Of a DNA stretch of 64,000 bases, positions 60,618 to 64,000 are shown in pieces. The position numbers were made by a program, and so were the translations under genes. The stretch is from IMG/VR virus record IMGVR_UViG_3300042482_000679. The stretch is one strand, 5' to 3'. The stretch is from a virus. Under the pieces are notes generated by a model, which saw only the letters and a program-made list of their open reading frames with translations, was not told the DNA's origin and made no database searches. How positions within the stretch are numbered: the stretch's first letter is position 1; each line of letters begins with the position of its first letter.

Positions 60618-61985
60618 CTAAAAACCTAACAGATTTTCAAAGTTAAATAACTTTTTATTGTAAATAAAATCATTAAATTTTTCATAGTCCATTGAAAAAT
60701 TTCTCTGTTGTAATCCTTTTTGGACTTTAAACTCAACTTTTAAAGTTTCAGGGTTGACACTATCAACAACCAATCTTAAATCAGGGTAATTTGGGAACGG
60801 AAGACTATACCCCTGTTTAAACTTACTAAAAATTTCTTTGGATATTCTGGACCATTCTTCAATTTGATAATCTTCCTCAAACTTCTCAAGTATCTTATCA
60901 AGGTTTCGTCCCAAATCAACATTAAAACCGTGACTATCAAAATCTCCTTGGTAGTTCCAATACTCTTCGTACCAACCTCCATTTATACCACCAACTTCAT
61001 TAAAAATCCCTTCCAATAATTGTTTTGGTGTTGCAGATTCCATATTAAGTTGGACTGCCCAAGTATAAAGAACGGCAACTGTTGCGGTTAATTCGTTATC
61101 TCTCGAGTCCCAACTAAAACCATTTTTTGAGAAAACATTGTTTAACTCTTTATAAACACTTTCTCTAACACCATCTCTTACTTCCTCATTGGCATAATAA
61201 TTGGCACTATCCATCATATCACCCAAAATACCCGGAACAAGTTTATTGAAGTCTCTATACAGTTTTGCCAAAACTTCTTCGTTACTAGAGTTATCAATAC
61301 TGATATCTTCCTCATTCCAATCAGGATGCAACAAAGAAAATATTTTCTTCATTTTTTCTTTGTTTTCATCATTATATTGACTTTGATACCAATATCCCTC
61401 TGAAAAATTTTCTCGTGTACTCCATTCATCAACAAACTGAAAACCATCATAACCACCATAACTTGATGTAACAGCATTAATAATATAAATGTCATCCTCA
61501 ACCAAGTTAAACATATTTTCATAATCATTCTCGCTTAATTTGAAGACAATTTTTGTTTCACCCTTTCTACTACCTCTTTCTATTACTTCAGAAACTTTTG
61601 GAAATCTATCTAAATAATCAGCATCGACTCTACCATAGATGTATTTTCTTAACGCAATTGGGAAGAATGGACCTGGTTTTGTAAGAGTCTCAATAAAGTC
61701 TTCCAATGTACCATTTGTTGTGAAATTTTTCAAATTAACCTCTGAAGATTTAGAATCAACAATTTTGTAGTCACTCTCAGTACGAGTTAATAAATAATAC
61801 TTCCCACTTTCATTGATAACATAAGCACCTCCAAGGGAAAAAGATTTTTCCAAATCTTCTACAGTTTCATCGTTCTGACACCAATTTGTGTTATCTTGGA
61901 AGTTATTACATAGTGCTTCCATATTGTAATATAGAACGATTGTATCGTTAAAAGATTCAAATATTTTCTTGTCAAACTTTGGCAT
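60618..61985 (-). CDS. Hypothetical acidic protein
   Basis: 455-aa ORF with TATTTAT upstream. Confidence 0.7.
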   Translation of the reverse strand: MPKFDKKIFESFNDTIVLYYNMEALCNNFQDNTNWCQNDETVEDLEKSFSLGGAYVINESGKYYLLTRTESDYKIVDSKSSEVNLKNFTTNGTLEDFIETLTKPGPFFPIALRKYIYGRVDADYLDRFPKVSEVIERGSRKGETKIVFKLSENDYENMFNLVEDDIYIINAVTSSYGGYDGFQFVDEWSTRENFSEGYWYQSQYNDENKEKMKKIFSLLHPDWNEEDISIDNSSNEEVLAKLYRDFNKLVPGILGDMMDSANYYANEEVRDGVRESVYKELNNVFSKNGFSWDSRDNELTATVAVLYTWAVQLNMESATPKQLLEGIFNEVGGINGGWYEEYWNYQGDFDSHGFNVDLGRNLDKILEKFEEDYQIEEWSRISKEIFSKFKQGYSLPFPNYPDLRLVVDSVNPETLKVEFKVQKGLQQRNFSMDYEKFNDFIYNKKLFNFENLLGF

Positions 61986-62026
61986 ATACTAATAAATACT
62001 TATATTTGTATTGTTCTTTGAAATAT

Positions 62027-62422
62027 GGGGGTGCCTTGGTATTGATTGGCGTTGCTGGGCATCGGGGGCACGTAGTGAGAAGTTTCCTATCACTATAATC
62101 TACGGAGGCGATTTTTAACTGGCAATACTTTTGCTAAACTTTCTGCTCTCGGTCTTATGAGAGAAGAAAAAGTTGCTGTAGCCTAAGAGGTATACACAAC
62201 ACGGGGTCGATGGACATTAACCTAGCAACAGAAGTCCTTTAAGGTGTGGTTTCTATCCAAAAAGGAACAAAACGGGTATGGTTCCCCGTAAGAACTGTCA
62301 CCGTCGCTGAGCGGTGTGAGAACTCAGATATTTCGGAAGGTATGAAAAACCTTGACCTAAACGTGTAGTCCCTAATGGTTAGGGCGAGCAAGACGGGGGT
62401 TCGACTCCCCCCACCTCCACCA
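62027..62422 (+). ncRNA. ssrA: tmRNA
   Basis: 5' GGGGGTG pairs with 3' CACCTCC-A-CCA giving G3:U; T-arm GGGGG-TTCGACT-CCCCC; tag ORF after TTAACT; TATATTTG promoter box at 62001. Confidence 0.95.
62121..62186 (+). other. tmRNA tag reading frame (A)GNTFAKLSALGLMREEKVAVA*
   Basis: Resume codon GGC after TTTTAACT; ends GTT GCT GTA GCC TAA. Confidence 0.8.
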
Positions 62423-62426
62423 AGTT

Positions 62427-62467
62427 AGATGTGGGAGTTTTAGTTGACTCCCATATCTCTTTTTTTT
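62427..62467 (+). terminator. Terminator after tmRNA
   Basis: AGATGTGGGAGT...ACTCCCATATCT hairpin followed by a T-run. Confidence 0.85.
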
Positions 62468-62478
62468 ATATTTTACCT

Positions 62479-62880
62479 GTGGGTAATCATTGTCAAGTTT
62501 GTAGTTTTAAATGTTGGGGTCGAGATGACCATCACGCCAGTTGTTGTTCTTTGGAAGATAGGAACTACATTATGGGTCCAATAGAAGACTATCAAACATT
62601 TCTAAAAAACCTTTCTAAAAAACTTGGTCGTGAAGTAAAGTTTGATGAGGTTTTTTATAACTATGAAACGGGGTCTAAGGTATTTCCTGATAGACCTGTT
62701 TGGCAAGATTTCCGTAGTTATCCAGCATTTAAAGTAGATTTCTCAACAGAAAACAAATATTGTATCAACTATAATAGACACTTAAGAAGTTGTATGGTGT
62801 ATGACATTAGACCTGAAACTTGTGTAAATTATTTTTGTGATTATTTAGAAAGAGAACTATTGATGAATGGTGAAGTATAA
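62479..62880 (+). CDS. YkgJ-like CxxCxxCC cysteine-cluster protein
   Basis: CQVC..KC..SCC and C..Y....C.VYDIRPETC..YFC; GTG start after the terminator. Confidence 0.75.
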   Translation: MGNHCQVCSFKCWGRDDHHASCCSLEDRNYIMGPIEDYQTFLKNLSKKLGREVKFDEVFYNYETGSKVFPDRPVWQDFRSYPAFKVDFSTENKYCINYNRHLRSCMVYDIRPETCVNYFCDYLERELLMNGEV

Positions 62881-62900
62881 TTATATTAGTAATCATAATC

Positions 62901-62987
62901 GGAGGTTTGGCAGAGCGGTCGAATGCGGCAGTCTTGAAAACTGCTTTACGGGAAACTGTAACCGGGGTTCGAATCCCTGAGCCTCCG
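62901..62987 (+). tRNA. tRNA-Ser (UGA), CCA not encoded
   Basis: GGAGGTT/AGCCTCC acceptor stem, anticodon loop CTTGAAA, long variable arm, TTCGAAT; followed by CTA. Confidence 0.95.
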
Positions 62988-62992
62988 CTAAG

Positions 62993-63025
62993 AAATCTTG
63001 GGACATCATCCCAAGATTTTTTTTT
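62993..63025 (+). terminator. Terminator after tRNA
   Basis: AAATCTTGGGA-CATCA-TCCCAAGATTT followed by a T-run. Confidence 0.85.
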
Positions 63026-63026
63026 G

Positions 63027-63058
63027 TTTGACAAATCCATTTTAAATCTTTAACTTTG
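63027..63058 (+). promoter_or_regulatory. Bacteroidota-type -33/-7 promoter
   Basis: TTTG-N20-TAACTTTG, 4 nt before the ATG at 63063. Confidence 0.75.
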
Positions 63059-63062
63059 AACT

Positions 63063-63392
63063 ATGGAACTATTAAAAGAATTTTGGACAAAAGTGAAAAG
63101 TGGTCTTAGAATCGTTGTTAACTACTTTTTCATTATCCTGGGTATGGTGGGATGCTTTACCATTGGATACTATTACAACGCATTACGTGATTTCAACAAG
63201 ATTGGTAAACCTAAAATTTATAAGGCAATTGACCACACGTTGGCAATCGACGAAAACAATAATGGCATCATTATTGAAAATCGTAGAGGTACCTACATTG
63301 TATTGGACGCTGAATTGGTGACCAAGTTCTTTGATATCAAAGCACGAAATATGTGGGGACAACACCAAACACCAAAACCTGTAGAGAAATGA
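63063..63392 (+). CDS. Hypothetical membrane protein
   Basis: One hydrophobic segment near the N-terminus. Confidence 0.65.
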   Translation: MELLKEFWTKVKSGLRIVVNYFFIILGMVGCFTIGYYYNALRDFNKIGKPKIYKAIDHTLAIDENNNGIIIENRRGTYIVLDAELVTKFFDIKARNMWGQHQTPKPVEK

Positions 63393-63463
63393 TGAGTGTT
63401 TGGTATAACCGAATTCTCCACCTGTTAGCAGGTATTGCGGTGGGGTATTTAATCTTTGTTTAA
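63389..63463 (+). CDS. 24-aa hydrophobic peptide
   Basis: MMSVWYNRILHLLAGIAVGYLIFV; ATGA overlap with the upstream stop. Confidence 0.45.
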   Translation: MMSVWYNRILHLLAGIAVGYLIFV

Positions 63464-63473
63464 AAAAAATGTT

Positions 63474-64000
63474 ATGACAGTAAAAAGGACCATTACAACA
63501 GTTTATCTCCTAATCACCATTATGGTGTTAACAGTAGGATACCAATTAGCCAAGAATAAATTCGTTTATCAACCTAATGGTATTGAAGAAATGGGGTATG
63601 AGTCCACTTTGCCAACGTCATTGTATATGTATAATCTACTTGAGGACAAGTCCGAAGAATACGGTATCCCCAAACATATCTTATACAATGTCGCTTATTT
63701 GGAGACACGTTATTGTGGTCCTTTTCACGTCAACTACAACCCACATCAAAGGTCTTATGCCGGAGCAGTGGGACCGATGCAAATCATTACAAGATACTCG
63801 CATTCATATGCGGGTAGACGAGTTAAAGAGACCGAATTAAAAAATAATCTGAAACTTAATATCGACATTTCTTGTAAGATGCTCAAAAAATTACACGGTA
63901 TGTATGGGCGATGGGATTTGGCTCTTGGATATTACAATACAGGTTATCCACAAGTTAATGGTTACGCACGATACGCATCATCCACAATTGATTACAAACA
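63474..64000 (+). CDS. SLT lytic transglycosylase with N-terminal membrane anchor (partial; not in ORF track)
   Basis: Manual translation MTVKRTITTVYLLITIMVLTVGY...VAYLETRY...GAVGPMQI...ALGYYNTG. Confidence 0.85.
   Translation, partial: MTVKRTITTVYLLITIMVLTVGYQLAKNKFVYQPNGIEEMGYESTLPTSLYMYNLLEDKSEEYGIPKHILYNVAYLETRYCGPFHVNYNPHQRSYAGAVGPMQIITRYSHSYAGRRVKETELKNNLKLNIDISCKMLKKLHGMYGRWDLALGYYNTGYPQVNGYARYASSTIDYK

Noticed and set aside
62807-63040. Minus-strand 77-aa ORF
   Set aside because: Antisense to tRNA-Ser and its terminator.
63577-63840. 87-aa ORF from the track
   Set aside because: Out-of-frame overlap with the SLT gene starting at 63474.
1-64000. Alternative genetic code (stop reassignment)
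   Set aside because: Core genes are full length in the standard code, and TAA, TAG and TGA all end genes.

Overview
AT-rich segment of a large T4-like (jumbo-type) lytic phage, probably infecting Bacteroidota. Host evidence: TTTG-N20-TAnnTTTG promoters, no Shine-Dalgarno sequences, a DUF4494-like gene and a Bacteroidota-like bS21. Left arm (minus strand): start of a probable family B DNA polymerase, then four glycosyltransferase genes, including a GT60/GlcNAc-family polypeptide GlcNAc transferase. These lie directly downstream of three mucin-like Thr/Pro-repeat proteins and a LamG-like protein. 13.9-31.7 kb: a second glycan cluster (GT2/GT4/GT10-like, sulfotransferase, APS kinase, HxGH nucleotidyltransferase, methyltransferases, short DegT, Gmd) mixed with an exonuclease, dUTPase and PhoH, followed by a gp55-like sigma factor and baseplate genes. 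40-55 kb: head module (major capsid, scaffold, prohead protease, bS21, portal, terminase large subunit) and a fourth mucin-like protein. Right end: nucleotidyltransferase, KTSC protein, tandem-UVR protein divergent from an N-domain-less ClpC, peptidase, tmRNA with a 21-codon tag, tRNA-Ser and an SLT transglycosylase. Best candidate novel system: phage-encoded mucin-type O-glycosylation (possibly with sulfation and fucosylation) of mucin-like virion proteins. Second candidate: a phage tmRNA/ClpC/UVR-adaptor proteolysis module. All family calls come from motif recognition by eye; no database searches were run.
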